A program made the position numbers and the translations under genes. A DNA stretch of 15,169 bases from a virus: UHGV virus genome UHGV-1774420; one strand, 5' to 3'. The stretch's first letter is position 1. Each line of letters opens with the position of its first letter. Below, in pieces: positions 1 through 6,009 of this stretch. The notes below the pieces were generated by a model. The model was given only the letters and a program-made list of their open reading frames with translations. It searched no databases and was not told the origin of the DNA.

Positions 1-1
1 A

Positions 2-391
2 AGTGACCTTGTGCCTTCGGTTCCTGCCACCAGCATCATCCAGGATAAGGCGAAAAAGGTGCTGGCGCTGAAAGTGGATCCGGAGTCGCCGGAGTCTTTT
101 ATGTTACGCCCAAAACGTCGCCGCTGGGTTAATGAAAAGTACACGCGCTGGGTTAAGACACAGCCGTGTGCATGTTGTGGAAAGCCCGCTGATGATCCCC
201 ACCACCTGATAGGTTACGGTCAGGGTGGAATGGGAACAAAAGCGCATGACCTTTTTGTGTTGCCTTTGTGCAGAAAGCATCACGACGAGCTGCATGCGGA
301 TACCGTGGCATTTGAAGAAAAGTATGGCTCCCAGCTGGAGCTGATATTTCGTTTTATCGATCGCGCGCTGGCAATTGGCGTGCTGGCCTGA
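2..391 (+). CDS. nin-region zinc-finger protein, DUF968/YbcO-like C-terminal domain; 5' end probably outside the window
   Basis: ORF is open to the window start (no in-frame stop in codons 2-10; first start-like codon is GTG at 11). Cys/His motif PCACCGKPADDPHHL...GTKAHD...CRKHHDELH resembles, from memory, the YbcO/YdfU-type domain of lambdoid nin regions. About 60% GC, like the phage backbone. Sits immediately upstream of Q. Confidence 0.5.
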   Translation, partial: SDLVPSVPATSIIQDKAKKVLALKVDPESPESFMLRPKRRRWVNEKYTRWVKTQPCACCGKPADDPHHLIGYGQGGMGTKAHDLFVLPLCRKHHDELHADTVAFEEKYGSQLELIFRFIDRALAIGVLA

Positions 392-409
392 TTTTTTCGG
401 AGAAAGGTG

Positions 410-772
410 ATGCGTGATATTCAGATGGTTCTGGATCGTTGGGGAGCATGGGCGGCGAGTGATAGTTCAGGAGTAGATTATTCTCCTATAGCTGCTGGGT
501 TTAAAGGGCTTCTTCCCTATACAAGCAAAACACGTCAGGCTTGTTCAGATAGTGATGCATTAATTATTGAAGGTTGTCTTGCACGTCTAAAGCAAAAAAG
601 ACCTGATGAGCATTCGCTTCTTGTGGCACATTATTTATACAGAATATCCAAGCGTAAGATTGCAAAGGCGCGTGGAAAGGATGAGAAACTAATACGCATT
701 GAGATACAGATGGCTGAGGGGTTTATTGATGGATGCCTTTCAATTCTGGATGTTAAACTTGAAATGGATTAG
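410..772 (+). CDS. Q: late-gene antiterminator Q (Phage_antitermQ family, DLP12 QuuD-like)
   Basis: Translation MRDIQMVLDRWGAWAA...GFKGLL...ARLK...AEGFIDGCLSILDVKLEMD closely matches my recollection of E. coli DLP12 QuuD (MRDIQMVLERWGAWAANN...). GGAG at 399-402 lies 7 nt before ATG 410; GTG at 407 is an alternative start. AT-rich (about 33-42% GC). Position before the lysis cassette fits Q. Confidence 0.8.
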   Translation: MRDIQMVLDRWGAWAASDSSGVDYSPIAAGFKGLLPYTSKTRQACSDSDALIIEGCLARLKQKRPDEHSLLVAHYLYRISKRKIAKARGKDEKLIRIEIQMAEGFIDGCLSILDVKLEMD

Positions 773-777
773 TGAAA

Positions 778-795
778 CCCCGGCTTAAGCCGGGG
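778..795. terminator. perfect palindrome CCCCGGC-TTAA-GCCGGGG between convergent Q and the NYN gene; possible bidirectional terminator
   Basis: 7-bp GC-rich stem with a 4-nt loop. On the minus strand it is followed by TTTCACT; on the plus strand by ATGTTTCAG. The stop codon of the minus-strand gene (785-787) lies in the loop. The U-tract is weak on both strands. Confidence 0.45.
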
Positions 796-1648
796 ATGTT
801 TCAGATTGAAGTGTTTTTTTCTTGGGCTCGTTCTTAGATGATTTTGTTTTCTTTTGACGATTGAGTTTTTTCTCTTTGCGTCTGTCAATATAATCGTCCC
901 ACCAATCAGGTTTTACTGTTGGGACGATTCTGCAAATATCAGCAATTGCAACAACAATGTTGCTCGATTGCACTCCATCGACGTGCTCTGCCAGTGAGGG
1001 AGGAACTTGTTGGTTCATTGGATCGAGGATAAAATCCACACCCTTTATACGGGCATGTTTAGCGGCAGGAACGAAATCAGCATCGCCAGCAATCAGGACG
1101 ATCACATCAACTAGTTTCTCATGAGCAAGGATAGTTATATCCATACCAAGCTTAATATCGACGGCTTTTTGTTTATATTCGTAGTAGAAATCGTCGTTAG
1201 TTAACTCAGACCATTGAATTTCATTACGTAATAGTTTCTTAAGAGTATGTTCTTTTATTTGCCAGTTACCGACGTTTGAAAGAATACCCATACGAAGTGC
1301 CGTTTTACGATTCTTCCTTAGCTCCTCATGAAGCTTGTTTCGTAAAACATTCGGAGCATGTGTCTTGAAGTTTTTAGTTGATGGGGTTTTGTTGTCTCCA
1401 TCAGGCAAAGGATACTTAATCTGTTTATCAAGCGGCGGGCAGTCGTAATAGTAAATACGGTAAAGCTCAAGTGGTTCACGGTCAGCGTGAGCACCATGTG
1501 GAACCTCTACATGAAATTTAACAATTCGCCAGATTATTTTAACAAGTTGTTGGCTGTCTAACTCATGCCCAGGGAAATGTTTTCGTAGAAAGTAATCAAT
1601 CCGACGGATGAAGTAGCCGCCGTCAATCAAGACTGCTGTTTTCTTCAT
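785..1648 (-). CDS. NYN/LabA-like (PIN-fold) domain protein with an inserted region and a Lys-rich C-terminal tail; putative nuclease moron
   Basis: N-terminal KKTAVLIDGGYF and later AVDIKLGMDITILAHEKLVDVIVLIAGDADFVPAAKHARIKGVDF match the conserved acidic motifs of NYN domains (iDgeN ... D.a..D ... vlvSgDsDf) as I recall them. C-terminus RRKEKKLNRQKKTKSSKNEPKKK is strongly basic. About 37% GC against about 60% in flanking phage genes. The ORF track starts at GTG 1660; I prefer ATG 1648 (MKKTAV...), which has only a weak RBS. Confidence 0.65.
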   Translation of the reverse strand: MKKTAVLIDGGYFIRRIDYFLRKHFPGHELDSQQLVKIIWRIVKFHVEVPHGAHADREPLELYRIYYYDCPPLDKQIKYPLPDGDNKTPSTKNFKTHAPNVLRNKLHEELRKNRKTALRMGILSNVGNWQIKEHTLKKLLRNEIQWSELTNDDFYYEYKQKAVDIKLGMDITILAHEKLVDVIVLIAGDADFVPAAKHARIKGVDFILDPMNQQVPPSLAEHVDGVQSSNIVVAIADICRIVPTVKPDWWDDYIDRRKEKKLNRQKKTKSSKNEPKKKTLQSETSPA

Positions 1649-1737
1649 TGAAAAACTCACAAAAAAAGCTCAGAACCGTTGAGTAGACCCTAAATATTAT
1701 CTACGAACAGTGCTGAGCTGGTGACGCAATAATTAAC

Positions 1738-1840
1738 TATTGACATTTGCGTTGTCAACAAATTTTGCACTGTTTAAATGTAAATTTTTTCTGCTGTCAA
1801 CATATAGTGTCATCTTTGGCATGTTGACACTATATAAACG
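1738..1840. promoter_or_regulatory. repeat-rich intergenic control region; likely holds the late promoter (pR-prime analogue) and the divergent promoter of the NYN gene
   Basis: TTGACA at 1740-1745. TGTCAACA at 1753-1760 and 1795-1802, with its reverse complement TGTTGACA at 1822-1829. Inverted repeat ATATAGTGTCA (1802-1812) / TGACACTATAT (1826-1836) with a 13-bp spacer. TATATAAA at 1831-1838. No single unambiguous -35/-10 pair could be assigned by eye. Confidence 0.4.
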
Positions 1841-1901
1841 CTTACGCGGTCCGCAAAAATAATTGTATCATGTTAAGAGTGGTTACTTCGACTCCTTCCT
1901 T

Positions 1902-1927
1902 AAAACCGCAGTTGAGCGGTTTTTTTG
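1902..1927 (+). terminator. rho-independent terminator, candidate tR-prime
   Basis: Stem AACCGC (1904-1909) / GCGGTT (1916-1921), loop AGTTGA, then a T-run at 1920-1926. Lies downstream of the candidate late promoter and upstream of the first plus-strand late ORFs, as expected for a Q-dependent terminator. Confidence 0.6.
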
Positions 1928-2048
1928 TACCTGTAAACCTGGTGCAGTACAGTAAACACGCTGGTGGTCGTGAATACTGGCTTTTTATCTTGCTGGCTTT
2001 TTAGACAAGAGTTATTGGTATGTCATGTTAACCAGAAGGGAAAAAGAC

Positions 2049-2252
2049 ATGCTAAAACAGCAAGATATGACAGAAACCGCCGCCGTAGTCCTTCATTTCC
2101 TACCTGCTGACAAGTGGGTAACGCCACGCATGATGACGAGAACTACCGGAGTAAGCGAAGCCCGGTGCCAGTTAATACTGACTCAGTTAGTTCTGGCGGG
2201 TCTGGCGAAGGATAACGGCGGGTACGGGAATAAATTCAGACGCTGCCAGTAA
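2049..2252 (+). CDS. small winged-helix DNA-binding protein (FaeA-like), putative regulator
   Basis: 67 aa from ATG 2049, with AAGGGA RBS 7 nt upstream (the longer ORF from 2025 has no RBS). Segment TRTTGVSEARCQLILTQLVLAGLAKD resembles the recognition helix and wing of small FaeA-like regulators. Backbone-like GC content. Confidence 0.45.
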   Translation: MLKQQDMTETAAVVLHFLPADKWVTPRMMTRTTGVSEARCQLILTQLVLAGLAKDNGGYGNKFRRCQ

Positions 2253-2402
2253 TGGCGGTTTCCTGCTGTGAAAATGGGCGGCTGGTGGGTGTTGGTAGCA
2301 CCTGCCAGCCATTCGCTCATGCTTACTGGTCACAAGCGAACCACGGCCCACTGCTTTAGCGCAAAAGCAGAGTGAGCCTACCAGAGTTACGCTTACTGAT
2401 CC

Positions 2403-3455
2403 ATGAAAAATACTGTAAAAATAAACAGTGTTGATTTAATCAACGCTGATTGCCTGCATTTTATTCAGTCCCTGCCTGATGATTCCATTGACCTGATTGT
2501 TACCGATCCGCCGTACTTCAAGGTGAAACCCAACGGCTGGGACAATCAGTGGAAAGGGGACGAAGATTACCTTAAGTGGCTGGACCACTGTCTGGCCCAG
2601 TTCTGGCGGGTGTTAAAACCTGCCGGAAGCCTTTACCTGTTCTGTGGGCATCGCCTGGCATCTGATATTGAGATCATGATGCGTGAACGTTTCAACGTGC
2701 TTAACCATATCATCTGGGCGAAGCCGTCCGGACGTTGGAATGGGTGTAATAAAGAAAGTCTGCGTGCATATTTTCCTGCCACAGAGCGCGTTCTGTTTGC
2801 TGAACATTACCAGGGGCCATATCGCGGCAAAAGTGACGGCTATGCGGCAAAAGAAAGGGAACTCAAACAGCACATAATGGCACCGCTGATATCGTATTTC
2901 AGGGATGCTCGTGCCGAACTGGGTATAACGGCAAAACAAATTGCCGAAGCCACAGGTAAGAAAAATATGGTTTCCCACTGGTTTGGTGCCAGTCAGTGGC
3001 AGTTGCCGAATGAGGCTGACTATCGGAAGTTACAGGCACTGTTTTCCCGTATAGCGGCAGAGAAGTTTCAGGAACAACAACTGGAACAACCACACCACCA
3101 GCTGGTGGCGTCTTATGATTCACTGAATCGCAAATATTCTGAATTGCTGGATGAGTTTAAATCTCTCCGGCGCTATTTCTCCGTATCAGTCTCCGTGCCT
3201 TATACCGATGTCTGGATGCATAAACCCGTTCAGTTCTACCCGGGTAAACATCCGTGTGAGAAACCGGCGGATATGCTCAGGCAAATAATCAATGCCAGTA
3301 GTCGACCTGGTGATCTGGTTGCTGATTTTTTTATGGGATCCGGTTCCACAATAAAAGCAGCAATGGCGCTGGGGCGTCGGGCCTTAGGTGTTGAGCTTGA
3401 GTCAGAGCGGTTTAACCAGACAGTGAAAGAGATAAACGAGCTGGTGGGGAAATAA
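2403..3455 (+). CDS. orphan N6-adenine (N6/N4 family) DNA methyltransferase, beta-class motif order
   Basis: DPPY catalytic motif near the N-terminus (LIVTDPPYF). AdoMet-binding FxGxG motif near the C-terminus ([13 protein letters not shown]). Central insert carries an HTH-like segment ([19 protein letters not shown]). No restriction endonuclease partner is seen nearby. Confidence 0.9.
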
Positions 3456-3461
3456 TCTGGT

Positions 3462-3487
3462 GGCCACGTCAGGTGGCCTTTTTATTT
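3462..3487 (+). terminator. hairpin plus T-tract after the methyltransferase gene
   Basis: GGCCAC (3462-3467) / GTGGCC (3473-3478), 5-nt loop, followed by TTTTTATTT. Placed between the methyltransferase stop (3455) and the holin start. Confidence 0.5.
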
Positions 3488-3522
3488 CCATTACACAGCA
3501 CCCGCATCTGCGAGGTGGGGTT

Positions 3523-3738
3523 ATGAAATCCATGGATAAGTTAACAACGGGTGTCGCCTATGGCACCTCAGCAGGTAGCGCCGGGTACTGGTTTTTACAG
3601 TTGCTCGATAAAGTCACGCCCTCACAGTGGGCGGCAATAGGTGTGCTGGGTAGTCTGGTATTTGGCCTGCTGACGTACCTGACAAACCTTTATTTCAAGA
3701 TTAAAGAAGATAAGCGCAAGGCTGCGAGAGGTGAATAA
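3523..3738 (+). CDS. S: class II holin (pinholin), phage 21 S21-like, dual-start motif
   Basis: [71 protein letters not shown] is near-identical to my recollection of S21 ([29 protein letters not shown]...). Met1 and Met4 give the antiholin/holin dual start. GAGGTGGGG RBS upstream. Confidence 0.9.
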
Positions 3739-4235
3739 TGCCTCCATCATTACGAAAAGCAGTTGCTGCTGCTATTGGTGGCGGAGCAATTGCTATAGCA
3801 TCAGTGTTAATCACTGGCCCAAGTGGTGACGATGGCCTGGAAGGTGTCAGCTACATACCATACAAAGATATCGTTGGCGTATGGACTGTATGTCACGGAC
3901 ACACCGGAAAAGACATCATGCTCGGTAAAACGTATACCGAAGCAGAATGCAAAGCCCTCCTGAATAAAGACCTTGCCACGGTTGCCAGACAAATTAACCC
4001 GTACATCAAAGTCGATATACCGGAAACAACGCGCGGCGCTCTGTACTCGTTCGTCTACAACGTGGGTGCTGGCAATTTCAGAACATCGACGCTTCTTCGC
4101 AAAATAAACCAGGGCGATATCAAAGGCGCATGTGACCAGCTACGTCGCTGGATATACGCTGGCGGTAAGCAATGGAAAGGCCTGATGACTCGTCGTGAGA
4201 TTGAGCGTGAAGTCTGTTTGTGGGGGCAACAATGA
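3738..4235 (+). CDS. R: SAR endolysin (T4-lysozyme-type muramidase, R21-like)
   Basis: N-terminal Gly/Ala-rich signal-anchor-release segment ([20 protein letters not shown]), then a lysozyme domain (Glu-Asp-Thr catalytic region, YIPYKD...[10 protein letters not shown]). Start overlaps the holin stop. Confidence 0.92.
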   Translation: MPPSLRKAVAAAIGGGAIAIASVLITGPSGDDGLEGVSYIPYKDIVGVWTVCHGHTGKDIMLGKTYTEAECKALLNKDLATVARQINPYIKVDIPETTRGALYSFVYNVGAGNFRTSTLLRKINQGDIKGACDQLRRWIYAGGKQWKGLMTRREIEREVCLWGQQ

Positions 4236-4699
4236 GCAGAGTAACCGCGATTATCTCCGCTCTGGTTATCTGCATCATCGTCTGCCTGTCGTGGGCGGTC
4301 AATCATTACCGTGATAACGCCATCGCCTACAAAGAACAGCGAGATAAAAAAGTCAGTGAGCTGAAGCAGGCGACCGCCACCATTACTGACATGCAGCAGC
4401 GCCAGCGTTCTGCTGATGCACTCGATGCTAAATACACGAAGGAGTTAGCTGATGCGAAAGCTGAAAATGATGCTCTTCGGCGCAAGCTTGATAATGGTGG
4501 TCGGGTGTTCGTCAAAGGAAAATGCCCTGTGCCATCCTCAGCCGAAACCTCCAGCGCCTCCGGCATGGGCAATGATGCCACCGTCGAACTCTCTCCAGTT
4601 GCTGGACGAAACGTTCTCGGTATCCGGGACGGAATTATCCGCGACCAAACAGCACTGAGAACGCTTCAGGAATACATCAGGACGCAATGCCTTCGATGA
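4232..4699 (+). CDS. Rz: i-spanin Rz
   Basis: N-terminus [31 protein letters not shown]... matches lambda Rz as recalled. ATG 4232 overlaps the endolysin stop (ATGA). Transmembrane anchor plus coiled-coil periplasmic domain. Confidence 0.9.
   Translation: MSRVTAIISALVICIIVCLSWAVNHYRDNAIAYKEQRDKKVSELKQATATITDMQQRQRSADALDAKYTKELADAKAENDALRRKLDNGGRVFVKGKCPVPSSAETSSASGMGNDATVELSPVAGRNVLGIRDGIIRDQTALRTLQEYIRTQCLR
4452..4658 (+). CDS. Rz1: o-spanin Rz1, embedded in the +1 frame of Rz
   Basis: Lipobox LIMVVGCSS followed by the proline-rich stretch [11 protein letters not shown]. Fully nested inside Rz in a different frame, as in lambda Rz/Rz1. Confidence 0.8.
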   Translation: MRKLKMMLFGASLIMVVGCSSKENALCHPQPKPPAPPAWAMMPPSNSLQLLDETFSVSGTELSATKQH

Positions 4700-4872
4700 T
4701 AGCGATAATTTTACTCATCATCCTTCACATCTGGCTCTGTAGACAGGATGGTGATCACTTCTGGAGTGAATCCAGATTAAACATCTCATTGCTGATGCTT
4801 GATATTGAGCATCTTGCGCGCGGTAAGGGGCTGCGTTGAGATAAGAGCCAGTCATTACAAATACCAGGATTT

Positions 4873-4899
4873 AGCCTCGCATTCGCGGGGCTTTTTATT
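4873..4899 (+). terminator. rho-independent terminator downstream of the lysis cassette
   Basis: AGCCTCGC (4873-4880) / GCGGGGCT (4885-4892) stem with one G-U pair, loop ATTC, then TTTTTATT. Confidence 0.5.
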
Positions 4900-4943
4900 G
4901 CCATTACAAAAGCCACTCCCTACAGAGTGGCTTTTGTAATGGC
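4900..4943. repeat. perfect 19-bp inverted repeat (long hairpin or protein-binding palindrome)
   Basis: GCCATTACAAAAGCCACTC (4900-4918), 6-nt spacer CCTACA, GAGTGGCTTTTGTAATGGC (4925-4943). The 9-mer CATTACAAA also occurs at 4853-4861. No flanking T-tract on either strand. Confidence 0.6.
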
Positions 4944-4980
4944 TTATACCCTACACGGGATAGCTTAACTGATATCCCTT

Positions 4981-5157
4981 TTAACGGATAAAGGTCTTCA
5001 AGCCTGACACATCATGCGCTGTATCGTCGCCGTATTCCCGTATTAACAGAGACCGTAGCCCGACGGGGAACTCCTTCTGCGCGAGTGTGCGGGAATAATC
5101 AAAAACGATGCACACCGGGTTTTTACCGCGTTTATGGTTCGCGGGTTTGTCCCTCAT
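4981..5157 (-). CDS. hypothetical small protein (about 58 aa from ATG 5157; ORF open back to GTG 5196)
   Basis: Minus-strand ORF with AGGA 9 nt upstream of ATG 5157. No recognisable family. Overlapped by plus-strand ORFs of similar length in a GC-rich patch, so coding status is doubtful. Confidence 0.2.
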   Translation of the reverse strand: MRDKPANHKRGKNPVCIVFDYSRTLAQKEFPVGLRSLLIREYGDDTAHDVSGLKTFIR

Positions 5158-5324
5158 GCTCGCCAGTCCTGTGCGGGGGTGGAAGAAACAGGACACTTAC
5201 ACAGATTCTTGTGGGCACGATGCTATGCCTTTCTGGATTATCCCGATGCCATTCATGCAAGGCGTTGTATCAGACGTTCGTCAGAGCTGTCAGGCTGACG
5301 GGTCCTCCCGGTGGGGTGGCCTGC

Positions 5325-5350
5325 CACGGGGCGGGAGCGTCGCGGAAAAA
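5325..5350. other. candidate cosN (cohesive-end nicking site) of the packaging origin
   Basis: GGGGCGGGAGCGTCGCGG resembles the lambda cosN core GGGCGGCGACCTCGCGGG as I recall it (about 13 of 17 aligned positions). It lies about 170 bp upstream of the terminase small subunit start, followed by an AT-rich stretch with direct repeats TCATCACCACTAA (5375-5387) and TCATCACTAACAC (5449-5461), which could be cosB-like sites. Confidence 0.4.
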
Positions 5351-5514
5351 GGCTAGTTTTTGAAATTTCATTCGTCATCACCACTAATGTAATGTATTGA
5401 TATTACAGTGGTTTTATTTTTATGGTGTCGATTTTGATTATTTTTTGTTCATCACTAACACCGTTTGCCTAAAGTTGTTCGCAAGATGCATGTTTAAAAC
5501 ATTCTGGAGCGGGT

Positions 5515-6009
5515 ATGGATCGAGAGTTAAAAAATCTGACGCTGAATATCAGTCAACTGGCGGCACTGTCAGGTGTACATCGCCAGACTGCTGCGGCAAG
5601 GCTGCAAAATCTACCCGTTGCAGGGGGGCATGAAAGCAACCTCAAGCTTTATCGGGTGGTTGATATTGTGTCGGCATTTCTGGCATTACCACCGCCGGTT
5701 GCAGAAGGCGAAATGGACGCGCATGAGCGCAAAGCCTGGTATCAGTCTGAACGTGAGCGTCTTAAGTTCGAACAGGAAACGGCACAACTCATTCCGGCCA
5801 GTGATGTCAGACGGGAGTTTGCCATCTGGGCAAAAGCGGTCGTGCAGGTGCTGGAGACATTACCGGATATTCTTGAACGTGACTGCGGTCTGCAGCCTGC
5901 CGCTGTGAGCCGTGTTCAGTCCATTATTGATGATCTGCGCGATCAGATAGCCCTGCGGGTGACTGAAGCAGGTGCGGATGATGAGGAGGAATTACAGCAG
6001 GAGGAGTAA
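5515..6009 (+). CDS. terminase small subunit (Nu1-like winged-HTH DNA-recognition protein)
   Basis: N-terminal HTH (LNISQLAALSGVHRQTAAARLQNL), acidic C-terminus. Stop overlaps the large-subunit start. GGAG RBS 5 nt upstream. Position and architecture parallel lambda Nu1. Confidence 0.75.
   Translation: MDRELKNLTLNISQLAALSGVHRQTAAARLQNLPVAGGHESNLKLYRVVDIVSAFLALPPPVAEGEMDAHERKAWYQSERERLKFEQETAQLIPASDVRREFAIWAKAVVQVLETLPDILERDCGLQPAAVSRVQSIIDDLRDQIALRVTEAGADDEEELQQEE

Noticed and set aside
104-295. 63-aa minus-strand ORF inside the nin-region gene
   Set aside because: Antisense to a conserved zinc-finger ORF, with no RBS; a spurious frame.
1790-1840. LexA/SOS box resemblance in CTGTCAACATATAGTGTCA
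   Set aside because: The LexA consensus CTGT-N8-ACAG is not satisfied (no ACAG half-site at the right spacing). More likely promoter or operator repeats.
2253-2402. Possible tRNA gene(s) downstream of Q, as seen in Stx and DLP12-like phages
   Set aside because: No canonical T-loop (GTTCGA-type), no 7-bp acceptor stem with discriminator and CCA, and the length between complementary ends is too long. Kept only as a possible remnant or structured RNA.
2613-3123. Overlapping ORFs (minus 121 aa, plus 64 aa, minus 74 aa) within the methyltransferase gene
   Set aside because: All lie inside the clearly recognisable DPPY methyltransferase reading frame and are alternative-frame artefacts.
772-3460. 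Shiga toxin (stxAB) or porin (nmpC-like) cargo at the Q-to-lysis hotspot
   Set aside because: No ORF in this interval resembles an A or B toxin subunit or a beta-barrel porin; the occupants are the NYN-like protein, a small winged-helix ORF and a methyltransferase.
5085-5363. Plus-strand 92-aa and 82-aa ORFs, the latter with a hydrophobic N-terminus suggesting a secreted protein
   Set aside because: The two overlap each other and the minus-strand ORF, have no recognisable homology or convincing RBS, and lie in the GC-rich palindromic patch next to the candidate cos site. Flagged as a region of uncertainty, not called as genes.
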